DNA of 64,000 nucleotides from Opitutaceae bacterium (GCA_028688225.1 JAQTYQ010000001.1:115664-179663); one strand, 5' to 3'. Shown: positions 1 through 8,994, counted from the first letter of the stretch. Notes: a model not told the origin generated them from the sequence alone. Numbers and translations: made by a program.

Positions 1-539
1 TTGGTCAATCGGGTGATCAGCGTGGATTTGCCCGCGTTGGGAAAGCCGACCAGGCCCACGTCGGCGATGCTCTTCAGGATGAGCCGGAACACCCCGCGTT
101 CGCCCGGCTGGCCGGGATTGGCGTTACGCGGCGCCCGGTTGGTCGATGACTTGAAATGCGTGTTGCCCCAGCCGCCGTTGCCCCCTTTGCACAGCACCAC
201 CTGCCGGCCGTCCTCAACAATCTCGGCAACCATCAACCCCGTCTCCTCGTTGAGAACCACCGTCCCGAGCGGCAGCTTCAGGATGACCGTCTCGCCATGG
301 CGTCCGTTGCAGTCCTTGCCCTGTCCGTGCTCGCCGCGGCCGGCCTTCCAATGCGCGCGGTACTTGAAGTCGACCAGATTGTTCGTGTCGTCGTCGCCGA
401 TAAGCACGACGTCGCCGCCCCGGCCGCCGTCGCCGCCGTTGGGGCCGCCCCACGGCTCGAATTTCTCGCGCCGGAAGCTCACGCAGCCGCGGCCGCCGTC
501 GCCGGCCTGAACCTTGATGACACACTCGTCGACAAACAT
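1..539 (-). CDS. obg: GTPase Obg/CgtA, N-terminal part (3' end lies beyond the window edge)
   Basis: Not in the ORF track. My translation of the minus strand from the ATG at 539-537 reads MFVDECVIKVQAGDGGRGCVSFRREKFEPWGGPNGGDGGRGGDVVLIGDDDTNNLVDFKY...GFPNAGKSTLITRLT. That is the glycine-rich Obg fold followed by the G1 P-loop. Confidence 0.85.
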   Translation of the reverse strand, partial: MFVDECVIKVQAGDGGRGCVSFRREKFEPWGGPNGGDGGRGGDVVLIGDDDTNNLVDFKYRAHWKAGRGEHGQGKDCNGRHGETVILKLPLGTVVLNEETGLMVAEIVEDGRQVVLCKGGNGGWGNTHFKSSTNRAPRNANPGQPGERGVFRLILKSIADVGLVGFPNAGKSTLITRLT

Positions 540-679
540 GGACGTAACGATGCAGAAGCCGCCGGCTTTGCCAAGCGGGCCGTGCGGCGCTCGTGCGATT
601 GGTCTTCCTTTACCGGAGGCCACCGGGAGAACGGCGGCAGCGCGTTTCTGCTCCCACCCCTGCTGTCCCCTGATCGCCA

Positions 680-690
680 CTCATGCCGAC
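680..690. repeat. Isolated copy of the GTCGGCATGAG motif (present here as CTCATGCCGAC) that is iterated around the fic gene
   Basis: Exact 11-mer match to copies at 23429-23439 and 23451-23461 (reverse complement). It lies about 145 nt upstream of the obg start. Confidence 0.6.
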
Positions 691-748
691 TTGAGATTCT
701 GAGCCCGCGCTTCGGCCCCCGGCAACGTCAAGCTTCCTGACATTGCCC

Positions 749-762
749 AGACACTATAGCTG
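749..762. repeat. 14-bp direct repeat AGACACTATAGCTG, copy 1
   Basis: Identical 14-mer recurs at 1833-1846. The reverse complement CAGCTATAGTGTCT contains a -10-like TATAGT. Confidence 0.7.
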
Positions 763-954
763 CGTGAAGCAGCCGCGAGAAAAGAGATGTGCTGGTCTCC
801 GAAGAGCGGGTTGCTCGTCGCTGGCATACGCTGGCCCGGCGTTGCCTCCGGCGAATGCATCGGCACTTCTTTCACTTCAGAAGAAAGCCATGCGACAAAC
901 CCTTGGGGAAGGCCCGGCAGGTTCAATGGAATGAAACACAAACCCTGATCACTC

Positions 955-1284
955 TCAGTGCGGCAGCCGACTGATGCGCTGCATTTCTTCGTTGATGGCG
1001 CGAGCCACCGCCTCCTGATTCTCCATGTAGGCTTGCTTGCCAGCAGTATCGCTACATGCAATCCCTGTATTGAAATAGTCGGAGCCGATGTGGCGAAGTT
1101 CTATTTCTCTGTACGCTTTCACGGCTCTTAGCCGGCCGAGCAACTCTTCGTCAGTATTGTATTCAATAACGAGTTTGCTGCTCGCCCAGTGGGAAGCACT
1201 CTGACCGCTGGAATGCTTTGAATTATGCCGGTGCCAAATGACGGCTACTGCCAGCAGAACAAGTATCCAGATAACGGCTTTCAT
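955..1284 (-). CDS. Hypothetical small membrane-anchored protein (109 aa)
   Basis: ORF with an N-terminal hydrophobic helix (MKAVIWILVLLAVAVIW). No family recognised. It lies in a segment of about 45-50% GC. Confidence 0.5.
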   Translation of the reverse strand: MKAVIWILVLLAVAVIWHRHNSKHSSGQSASHWASSKLVIEYNTDEELLGRLRAVKAYREIELRHIGSDYFNTGIACSDTAGKQAYMENQEAVARAINEEMQRISRLPH

Positions 1285-1436
1285 TCGTTTGCTATGTTGT
1301 GGCGTGTTGGGAACCTGATGCCTTCCAATAATGTTTCGCTAAACGTCAGCATCGAGCCACGGCTACGGCTGGCGCGCCTCCGGTGCCGCAGGAGGCGTGA
1401 TAGCCGGGGCCGTTGGTAGTGGTGGTTTGTTCGCCT

Positions 1437-1820
1437 TCAGTTCAAGCAGACGGGCGGCGCTTCGCGCACGCCACGCATCGAATCCGAAGATGCCTTTGGA
1501 TAGATCTGCTTCCCAGCGTCCATTGAGTTTACGCCAGTGCTGCCCCGTTCCACCGATAAAAAGCCTTCGACATATAGGCTCTCGTAGGCCACCGTGCATA
1601 CTCCGACATGATCTGGCTCTTTGCTTTTGAAAAACTGCCAGACGACTTGGCCTTCTTTCGCCACCGCGTGCGCGATCTCCTTGATGTCCGTTGGGCTTAG
1701 CCCCAATTCAGCGGCTTCTTGCGCCAGCGATTTCTGATCGGATTTCTTGGCACGTCGCGCCCCGGTTTGGCAGCCAGCAAAAAGAACTAGAAGCAACGAA
1801 AATGTGATAATCCCACGCAT
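1437..1820 (-). CDS. Hypothetical lipoprotein (127 aa)
   Basis: Lipobox-like signal MRGIITFSLLLVLFAGC. Low-GC segment. No family recognised. Confidence 0.6.
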   Translation of the reverse strand: MRGIITFSLLLVLFAGCQTGARRAKKSDQKSLAQEAAELGLSPTDIKEIAHAVAKEGQVVWQFFKSKEPDHVGVCTVAYESLYVEGFLSVERGSTGVNSMDAGKQIYPKASSDSMRGVREAPPVCLN

Positions 1821-1832
1821 GGTATCCTAGCG

Positions 1833-1846
1833 AGACACTATAGCTG
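1833..1846. repeat. 14-bp direct repeat AGACACTATAGCTG, copy 2
   Basis: Identical to 749-762. It sits 13 nt upstream of the lipoprotein start codon, followed by a CATGCCGGG variant of the fic-flank motif at 1848-1856. Confidence 0.7.
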
Positions 1847-2098
1847 ACATGCCGGGCACCGGACTGCGACTGGAAATCGGATATGATCCCGGCATTGGCA
1901 GCGGCGGCGGGTTTTCATCTTTTGGCCAGACACGTCACAGATCAGCCCCGGAGTTGTCTGTGCCGGCTGGTTCGGCGAAATCGTCATCACTTCATAAAGT
2001 AGAAGAACAGCAGGATCGCTAGCCGCTTGTTGAACCAAGCCACGGCTCCGCTGCGCTCCGCGTGATACGACCCTCTGGGTTAGGCATTCTTCGAGGAC

Positions 2099-2515
2099 CT
2101 ACTTGCCGCTTACGCCCGCCCACTTGTCGATCATGACTTCGGCAAAATGAGTAAATGCGCCCGACAAAACCAGAGTGATCATCCACAGGACAAAAATCCA
2201 AACATGCCGTCCTGCGAAATCCAATGGCTGAAGAATCTTCTTCTCAAACCAAGATGGCTGCGCCATCGCCTCCTCCCACTTGTCTGTGTCCGAGAGGTCG
2301 ACGGCAAATTCGACGGCCGATGAGCCGATCGGCTTCAGCAGGCCTTTGGCTGCGAGAATCGATATGATGTGAAAGGCGACCACTTCCGGATACTTGAGCC
2401 CCTCGGTGTCTGGGTTCTGACGGGATAGAACCCACCAATTCCAATTCATGCTCTTATCTCTCCGTTCGTATATCCAGCGGGCGGATTTCGCTACTTCATC
2501 GGGATATTCGTGCAT
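2099..2515 (-). CDS. Hypothetical protein with a C-terminal transmembrane helix (138 aa)
   Basis: ORF with a hydrophobic stretch HVWIFVLWMITLVLSGAF near the C-terminus. About 50% GC. No family recognised. Confidence 0.5.
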   Translation of the reverse strand: MHEYPDEVAKSARWIYERRDKSMNWNWWVLSRQNPDTEGLKYPEVVAFHIISILAAKGLLKPIGSSAVEFAVDLSDTDKWEEAMAQPSWFEKKILQPLDFAGRHVWIFVLWMITLVLSGAFTHFAEVMIDKWAGVSGK

Positions 2516-2971
2516 GGTGTCTTTCTTTTGCCCAACAGATTAGGCCAAAGTCGTTAGGGGGCTAACCTTCGGCCATGGCCGACAAAAGCCAAAAATTCGA
2601 GAAAGGTCAATGTCGGGCCGGAAACTTCCAAGCGACAGCACGTGCGGCAGCACAGCCTTGATCCCGCTGCGTCGGCCGGCTTCGCGCCCTTTGCGTCCTT
2701 GGTGTGAAAACGAACCTCGACTCCGCAGTTGGGTTTTCACCACAGAGGCAAAAGCACGAAGGGAGCAACCCGAGGAAGGTACGCTCGGCAACGGCAGGAT
2801 TGAAGGTGGCCAAAGCCGTGAGGCTTTGAATCAAGGATGAAATCCAAACTCTCACGAGTTTGGCTACTGCCTCAATCGCTTTCTCTGTGCTCCGTGCCTC
2901 TGTGGTTCAATAGAGGTTTTTAGAATGAATTGACCGGTCCGGACCCGCGCCCATCGGCGACATCCGTGGCC

Positions 2972-2996
2972 AAAAGGCATCCGCGATGCGGATGCC
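2972..2996 (-). terminator. Rho-independent terminator downstream of ftsZ
   Basis: Perfect 9-bp stem GGCATCCGC / GCGGATGCC with a 3-nt loop at 2976-2996, followed on the minus strand by TTTT (2975-2972). It lies about 35 nt after the ftsZ stop. Confidence 0.55.
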
Positions 2997-3031
2997 ATGA
3001 GGAGTTGGCCGGACCTAAGTCCGGCAAACTC

Positions 3032-4300
3032 CTACGCCGTGACCTTGATTCCCTTCCGCAGGTAGGTCGGCACGTCGAGATCCTGCCCCTCGAAAAGATT
3101 CCGGTCGGTCTTGTCGAAATAGCCCCGGCTCTCGACCTCGCGGAAGGAAAACTCGTTTTGCTTCGCCTTGGCGGCGGCTTCGGCAGCCTGCGCGGTGGCC
3201 GCCGCGATGATCGGGACCGCTGTCGCGGGGGTCTTGACACCAACAGATTTTGCCGTCGTGGCCGGGACACTGCGGGCGGCGAGCAGGCGCCGGTGGGCCG
3301 GTCCACGGCCTCCGATGTCGGTCGTCCCCAGCACACAGACTTCCAGCCGCTGCTGCATGCTCTCGTCGATCACCGCGCCCATGATGACATGCGCGTCCTT
3401 GCCGTATTGGTCGGTGATGGCAGTCATGAGCTCATTGACCATCGGCAGCGTGAGGTCGGTGCCGCCGATGATGTTCACCAGCAGGCGGTCGGCCTTGCGG
3501 GAAAACTCGCTGGTGTGCAGCAGCGGACAGAGCCTGAGGCTTTCGACCGTCTGCGCCACCGCCTGCGGCCCCTCGCCGCGGCCGAGACTGAAGAGCGTCT
3601 TGCCCCCGCGCGACTGAAACACCTGCTGCAGGGTGGCAAAATCGAGGTTGATCAGGCCGGTGCGAAACAACATCGCCCAGATCGACTTGACCCCGCGGCC
3701 GATCCATTCGTCGGCCAGCGCAAAAGCGTCGAGTACGCCCATGTTGTCCCCGCCCTCCTGCATCAGGATGTCGTTGGACAGCGGCACCACCGCGTCGCAG
3801 ACGCGGCGCAGCGCGGCCAGGCCTTCCTCCGCCTGTTTCAGGCGCCGGCCGCCCTCGAAACTGAAGGGCATGGTGACAAAGGCGATGACAAGCGCCCCCT
3901 GCTCGGTCGCCACCTCCGCCACGATCGGGGTGGCGCCGCTGCCCGTGCCGCCACCGAGGCCGGCGAGCAGGAACACCAGGTCGCAATCCTTCACCACCTC
4001 GGCAATCTTCTCCCGGTCCGCCTCGGCCGCCTCCCGCCCCAGATCGGGATCGCTGCCGGCGCCCAGGCCGCGTGTCACACTGCTGCCGATCAGCACCTTG
4101 TCCTGCACCGGCGAGGAAGAGAGCGCCTGCAGATCGGTATTGATGACGGCCAGCTGCAGCCGCTCCAGGTTTTCCATCTTGAGCCGGTCGATGGCGTTGG
4201 AGCCAGCCCCACCCACGCCCACCAGCTTGATGGCGATGGAACGATCGGTGAGGATTTCGTGCGTGAGCGGCAGCTCGTTGTGGTTGGTGTCGAATTGCAT
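3032..4300 (-). CDS. ftsZ: Cell division protein FtsZ
   Basis: Tubulin signature GGGTGSGATP and NTDLQAL. C-terminal conserved peptide DLDVPTYLRKG. Position at the end of the dcw cluster. Confidence 0.97.
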   Translation of the reverse strand: MQFDTNHNELPLTHEILTDRSIAIKLVGVGGAGSNAIDRLKMENLERLQLAVINTDLQALSSSPVQDKVLIGSSVTRGLGAGSDPDLGREAAEADREKIAEVVKDCDLVFLLAGLGGGTGSGATPIVAEVATEQGALVIAFVTMPFSFEGGRRLKQAEEGLAALRRVCDAVVPLSNDILMQEGGDNMGVLDAFALADEWIGRGVKSIWAMLFRTGLINLDFATLQQVFQSRGGKTLFSLGRGEGPQAVAQTVESLRLCPLLHTSEFSRKADRLLVNIIGGTDLTLPMVNELMTAITDQYGKDAHVIMGAVIDESMQQRLEVCVLGTTDIGGRGPAHRRLLAARSVPATTAKSVGVKTPATAVPIIAAATAQAAEAAAKAKQNEFSFREVESRGYFDKTDRNLFEGQDLDVPTYLRKGIKVTA

Positions 4301-4303
4301 GGC

Positions 4304-5518
4304 TCAGGCCGGGACGAGAATGCGTTTGATATTTTGGAAGAAGCCGTTGGAGCGGCGCGCGACGGACCGCCGCTCCGCCTGGGCATTGAGCCCGTAATAA
4401 AGCAGGCCGAGCACGGTGCTGAAGCCCGGGTCGCGGAGCTCGTCCGACACCCAGACGGGCGCCTCACCCAGCCGGCCCGGCACGCCGAAAACCTTGCCCG
4501 CGGCCTCGTCCATGCCCGGCAGTTTCGCCGCGCCACCGGTGAGGATGACGCCCGCCGGCGTCTGTTCGGGCACAAAAGCCGGCTCAAGTTTCTTGCGCAC
4601 CACCTCGAGCAACTCGCGGGCGCGGGCGGACGTGATCTGCTCGATCGACTGCCGCGGGAATTGCCGATCGCCGACGGAATAGTCGCCGTTCAGCCAGACC
4701 CGCTCATGTTTGTCCCGCGTGCGCAAGGTGGCCGAGCCGTAGCGCAGCTTGATCTTTTCCGCCTGCCCGCGGGTCAGACGCAGACCGAGGCTGAGATCGT
4801 TGGTAAAGTGGTCGCCCCCCACGGGCACGACACCGGTCACATGGGCCACGCCGTCGCGGTACAGGACATAGTCCGTGGTGCCGCAACCGATGTCGATCAC
4901 CAGCACACCGTTATGCCGCTCCTCGGGCGAGGTCACAATCATGCCGGCGGCGAGGCTGGAGAGAATCAGCTCCTCCACCCGCAGATTGAAACCCGTGACG
5001 ACGTGGATGTGGTCGCCGATCTTGGCCTCGCTCCCGTGCACGGTCCAATAGCCCGCCTCCAGCCGCTGCCCGACGAGATGCTCGGGATCGGGTACGATGC
5101 GGCCGTCGAGGCGGAAGGGCCGCCGGATATGGTGCACCACCGCGCGCCCCTCCGGCAGCTCCTTGGCCTTGGCCAGACGGCAGACGGTGTCGATGTCGAG
5201 CGCGCTCACACAGTTGTCGGCCGCGTTCACATTGACCGCCGCCTCGTTATAGAATCCCTCGAGATGCGCGCCGGTCTGCGCGAGGTAGACGTCCTCGATC
5301 GCCGCCCCTGCCCGCTCCTCCGCCGCCTTGAGGGCGGCATGCGTACAGGCGCTTGCCTCCTTGTAGTCGACCACGCTGCCCTTGATCACGCCGCGCGCCT
5401 GGCTTGAGCCGAGGCCGATGATGTTGAGGGCGCGTCCGCGGGTGAGTTCGCCCACAAGGACGGCCACCTTGGACGTGCCGATTTCGACGGCAGCGATGAG
5501 TTTGGTCTTAGAAATCAC
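4304..5518 (-). CDS. ftsA: Cell division protein FtsA
   Basis: Actin-like ATPase motifs (AAVEIGTSKVAVLVG, VIDIGCGTTD). Located immediately upstream of ftsZ. Confidence 0.95.
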   Translation of the reverse strand: MISKTKLIAAVEIGTSKVAVLVGELTRGRALNIIGLGSSQARGVIKGSVVDYKEASACTHAALKAAEERAGAAIEDVYLAQTGAHLEGFYNEAAVNVNAADNCVSALDIDTVCRLAKAKELPEGRAVVHHIRRPFRLDGRIVPDPEHLVGQRLEAGYWTVHGSEAKIGDHIHVVTGFNLRVEELILSSLAAGMIVTSPEERHNGVLVIDIGCGTTDYVLYRDGVAHVTGVVPVGGDHFTNDLSLGLRLTRGQAEKIKLRYGSATLRTRDKHERVWLNGDYSVGDRQFPRQSIEQITSARARELLEVVRKKLEPAFVPEQTPAGVILTGGAAKLPGMDEAAGKVFGVPGRLGEAPVWVSDELRDPGFSTVLGLLYYGLNAQAERRSVARRSNGFFQNIKRILVPA

Positions 5519-6479
5519 TTCTCGGTTTGGGTTGGAAAATGGTTTTGGGCAAAGTGGAACGCACCGGCGGCATCGGCCCGGCGTCCTGCAATTCGACGGG
5601 CACCTGGCTGCCGAGCGCCAGGTTCACCCGCGCCAGGGGCGGAGCGCCATGCTTGCGCAGAGAATCGACGATGTCATCGAGTTTGGCGAGCTGGCGCGGA
5701 AAATTTCCCCGCGCATCGAAGATGATCTCCGGAATTTCCCGGGAACGCACCATGATCTCCTGGTCGGAGGACAGCCGGGCGAGCGACACGACCTGCCAGC
5801 CCGCACAAAGCTGCGGGACGAGCCCCTCGGCCGCGGTCAGCAGCTCGGCGACCCGCTCCATGCCTGCGATGGGTTCGAATCCGCCCTTCGCGGCGCGCCG
5901 CAGGCGCAGGCCGTCGAGCCATGGCAGCCGCTCAAGGAGCGCCCGTTCATAGCCGATGCCCTCGTAAACCACACCATCGCGCGCGGCGAGCCGCAGGCGC
6001 GGCGAACCCTCGCCCGCCTGCACCATCAGGCGGGCGATCGGCATGCGTTCCTCCACGGTCACCTGCAGCGTGTTGTCGCTGAACCGCCGCCGGAGCACGA
6101 CACTCTTCACCTGCCCCGAGGCCAGCAGCCGGCTCCCCAGCGCGGAAAGATCCAGCGTCATCAGGCTGGCATTTTTCGGCAGCGCCAGAGTCTGATCGAG
6201 CCACGCCCGCTCCAGCCGGCCGTCGGTGGCAAACACCACCTGTTTGAGCGGCACGGCCTGCCCCGGCTCCTTGAGCCGGGCCGGATCGCTTGCCCAGGTC
6301 CGATAAATCTCGAGCGCCGCCCAGCCGCAACCGAGAACAAAGACACACAGCGTCGCAAATTTCACGCCCGCCAACACCATCCGCCGGTGCCCCTCCCTCG
6401 GCATGGCACGCGTACTGACCCCCTGGCGGATATCCCTCCAGGAACGCGAAGGCGGCGGAATGACAGCCGGCGGACTCAT
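5508..6479 (-). CDS. ftsQ: Cell division protein FtsQ (POTRA-type)
   Basis: Single transmembrane helix followed by a periplasmic domain. Overlaps the ftsA start by 11 nt. Canonical dcw position. Confidence 0.8.
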   Translation of the reverse strand: MSPPAVIPPPSRSWRDIRQGVSTRAMPREGHRRMVLAGVKFATLCVFVLGCGWAALEIYRTWASDPARLKEPGQAVPLKQVVFATDGRLERAWLDQTLALPKNASLMTLDLSALGSRLLASGQVKSVVLRRRFSDNTLQVTVEERMPIARLMVQAGEGSPRLRLAARDGVVYEGIGYERALLERLPWLDGLRLRRAAKGGFEPIAGMERVAELLTAAEGLVPQLCAGWQVVSLARLSSDQEIMVRSREIPEIIFDARGNFPRQLAKLDDIVDSLRKHGAPPLARVNLALGSQVPVELQDAGPMPPVRSTLPKTIFQPKPRSDF

Positions 6480-6663
6480 GGGACGGTCATGACGGAGACA
6501 ATGGCGCCGGCCGGCCGGCCAGACACCCCAGCGGGATCAACCGGCTCCCTGAACCGGGCACAAAAATGTGACCCCACACCGGAGGCGCACCGCGGCCGGG
6601 CGCACGCCTTCTTGATGCCCCGGCACATCCTGATTTCGAGCAAATAAATCGACGGCGGCATGT

Positions 6664-8994
6664 TCATAGCATGTCCTTCCATTCCCTGCCGTAGAGCTGC
6701 ACCTCGGGCTCCAGCGTGATGCCGCGCTCCTGCTGCACGCGGTCGCGCACCCGGCGCATGAGCGTGAAGATGTCCGTGCTCGTCGCCCGGCCGCGGTTGA
6801 TGATGAAGTTTGCGTGCACGGGCGACACCTCCGCGTCCCCCACCCGCTCGCCCTTGAGTCCGAGTTCGTCGATCAGCTTTCCGGCCGAGGCGCCCGGAGG
6901 ATTCTTGAAGACACAGCCGGCGCTCGGCTCCCGCGGCTGGGTCTCATGGCGTTTGCGCCGGTAGACGTCGATCTGGCGGCTGATGGTCTCGCTCTCGGCC
7001 CGCGCCGACGGTCTGAGCAGCGCGCCCAGGGCGATGGCGGCGAGCAGCTCGCGGCACTCGCGGTAAGCCACGTTCATCTCGGTCTTCCGCAAAGTGCGCA
7101 CCTCGCCGGCCAGGGTCATGAGTTCCACCTCCTCGACCACGTCGAACATCCAGCCCCCCATCGCGCCGGCATTCATCCGCAATGCGCCGCCGACCGAGCC
7201 CGGTATGCCTTCGAGAAATTCAAAGCCCTTCAGTCCGGCCCGGGCGGCAAAGCCGCAGAGGCTCTTGAGCCGCAAACCGGCCCCCGCCCACACCCCGCCG
7301 TCCGGCCGCAGCTCGCAAACCTGCCAGGCGGCGTGCGCGAGGCTGATGACCAGGCCGTCCACCCCTTCGTCCGGCACGATGAGATTGGAGCCGCGGCCGA
7401 GAAAATAGACGCGCATTTTGTGTGCTCCGGCCCCGCGCAGCAACGTCTGGAGATCGGCGACACCCGCCGGCTCGGCGTAGCAGCGCGCCGGTCCGCCCGT
7501 CCGCATCGTGGTCTTGGGAGCCAGCGGCTCTTCGCGCACCAGCCGGGTTTCGGCCGCCAGCCGCGGCCGCAGCTCCGCCACAAATTTGTCCCAACTCCCG
7601 GCGCGGGCAGAGTCCTGCTCGAGCCGGGCCACCAGTGCATGAGCCAGTTGGTCGATGTCGCCTGCGCCGACAAAGGCCAGGCAGTCGCCGGGCTGGAGCG
7701 CCGCGCGGAGTATCTCGGGAAAGTTCGGATCGCGGCCCGGTAGGTGGGTGACCCGCCCCGCGGCACCGGATTTTTTGATTTCGACGCAGATGTCGGCCGT
7801 CGTGCCACCCGCCACGGGCGCCTCACCCGCCGGGTACACGTCGAGCAGGAACAGCTGGTCGGCCAGGCCCAGCGCCGCGGCGAAGTCGGTCTTGAACCGG
7901 GCGGTGCGGCTGAAGCGATGCGGCTGGAACACCACTACCAGCCGGCCGGGCCGGCGCTGGCGCAGACTCGTCAGCAGCGCCCGGATTTCCGCCGGGTGGT
8001 GCGCATAGTCTTCCAGGATCGTGAGGCCGTCCGTCGCCCAGAGCACGCTTTGCCGACGGCGCACGCCGGGATAGTCGGCGAGCAGATCCGGGGTCAGCTT
8101 CGTGCCCATCAGATGCGCCGCGGCCAGTGCCGCGGTGGCGTTGTGGGCGTTGAAGATGCCGGAAGCCCGGACCGTCACCTCCAGGGAGGGGAAAGCGGCT
8201 CCGAGCCGGAGCACGAGCCGGTCGGCCGACTCTCGCACCACGCTGGCGCGATAATGCCCCTCGGGGCCAAAGGTGAAGATGCCGACCTTGGCGCCCGCCG
8301 CCGCGCGCACCGACATCGCGCAGGCCGGATCGAAAATCACCGCCCTCCGGGTGCGCGCGACCAGGCGACGAAAAGTTTCCGTCAGTTGCTCCGCCTGCCC
8401 GTAATAATCGGGATGATCCCAGTCGAGACTGACCAGGACGGTGATCTCGGGCGAGAATCGGTCGATGGTGCCGTCGCTTTCGTCGATCTCGGCCACCACC
8501 CAGTCGCCCGGGTCGAGGCGGCCGGGCGGAATGGATTCGTCGTTGAAAAGTCCGCCCAGCAGCCAGCCGCAGGGAAAGCCGGCCCGCCGCAGCGCGGTAA
8601 TGAGCATGCCGGTCGTGGTCGTCTTGCCATGCGCGCCGACGATGGCGACCAATTTGCGGCCACCAAGGATCTCGGCGAGCATCTCACCCCGCCGCACCAG
8701 CGGCAGGCCGCGCGCGGTGGCGCGCACCCGGGCCGGATGATCGGCGCGAATGGCGGATGAATGCACCACCAGTCCGCAGTCCTCGGGTACGCCGCCCGCC
8801 GGGGTGATCGTCACGCCCGCCCCCTCCAGCAATCCGCGCACGCCGCGCCCGAGCGCATCGTCCTCCCCGCTGACCGTGAAGCCCGTCTGCCGCAGATACA
8901 GGGCCAGCGGAGCCATGCCCGTGCCGCCGACGCCGACGAGGTGAACGACGCGGACCGCACGGCCGAAGGGGCGTGGCAGCGGGGAAGCGCTCAT
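6664..8994 (-). CDS. murC: Fused UDP-N-acetylmuramate--L-alanine ligase / UDP-N-acetylenolpyruvoylglucosamine reductase (MurC-MurB)
   Basis: The N-terminal part carries the MurC Rossmann motif (VHLVGVGGTGM) and the Mur ligase P-loop (GAHGKTTTTGM). The C-terminal roughly 300 aa carry a MurB FAD-binding region (PLAPKTTMRTGGPA, GRGSNLIVPDEGVDG). It is one uninterrupted 776-aa ORF. Confidence 0.9.
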   Translation of the reverse strand: MSASPLPRPFGRAVRVVHLVGVGGTGMAPLALYLRQTGFTVSGEDDALGRGVRGLLEGAGVTITPAGGVPEDCGLVVHSSAIRADHPARVRATARGLPLVRRGEMLAEILGGRKLVAIVGAHGKTTTTGMLITALRRAGFPCGWLLGGLFNDESIPPGRLDPGDWVVAEIDESDGTIDRFSPEITVLVSLDWDHPDYYGQAEQLTETFRRLVARTRRAVIFDPACAMSVRAAAGAKVGIFTFGPEGHYRASVVRESADRLVLRLGAAFPSLEVTVRASGIFNAHNATAALAAAHLMGTKLTPDLLADYPGVRRRQSVLWATDGLTILEDYAHHPAEIRALLTSLRQRRPGRLVVVFQPHRFSRTARFKTDFAAALGLADQLFLLDVYPAGEAPVAGGTTADICVEIKKSGAAGRVTHLPGRDPNFPEILRAALQPGDCLAFVGAGDIDQLAHALVARLEQDSARAGSWDKFVAELRPRLAAETRLVREEPLAPKTTMRTGGPARCYAEPAGVADLQTLLRGAGAHKMRVYFLGRGSNLIVPDEGVDGLVISLAHAAWQVCELRPDGGVWAGAGLRLKSLCGFAARAGLKGFEFLEGIPGSVGGALRMNAGAMGGWMFDVVEEVELMTLAGEVRTLRKTEMNVAYRECRELLAAIALGALLRPSARAESETISRQIDVYRRKRHETQPREPSAGCVFKNPPGASAGKLIDELGLKGERVGDAEVSPVHANFIINRGRATSTDIFTLMRRVRDRVQQERGITLEPEVQLYGREWKDML

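Noticed and set aside
2930-5407. 825-aa plus-strand ORF, the longest in this region
   Set aside because: It lies antisense to ftsZ and ftsA, which carry unmistakable motifs. Its translation is an Arg/Gly/His/Ala-rich low-complexity shadow typical of high-GC DNA.
5872-5882. GGTTCGAATCC, a tRNA T-loop-like sequence
   Set aside because: The flanking bases cannot form a T-stem or an acceptor stem, and the site lies inside the ftsQ coding region. It is a chance match.
6476-6682. 68-aa ORF in the gap between murC::murB and ftsQ
   Set aside because: It is short and Cys/Arg/Gly-rich, overlaps both neighbours' ends, and carries no motif.
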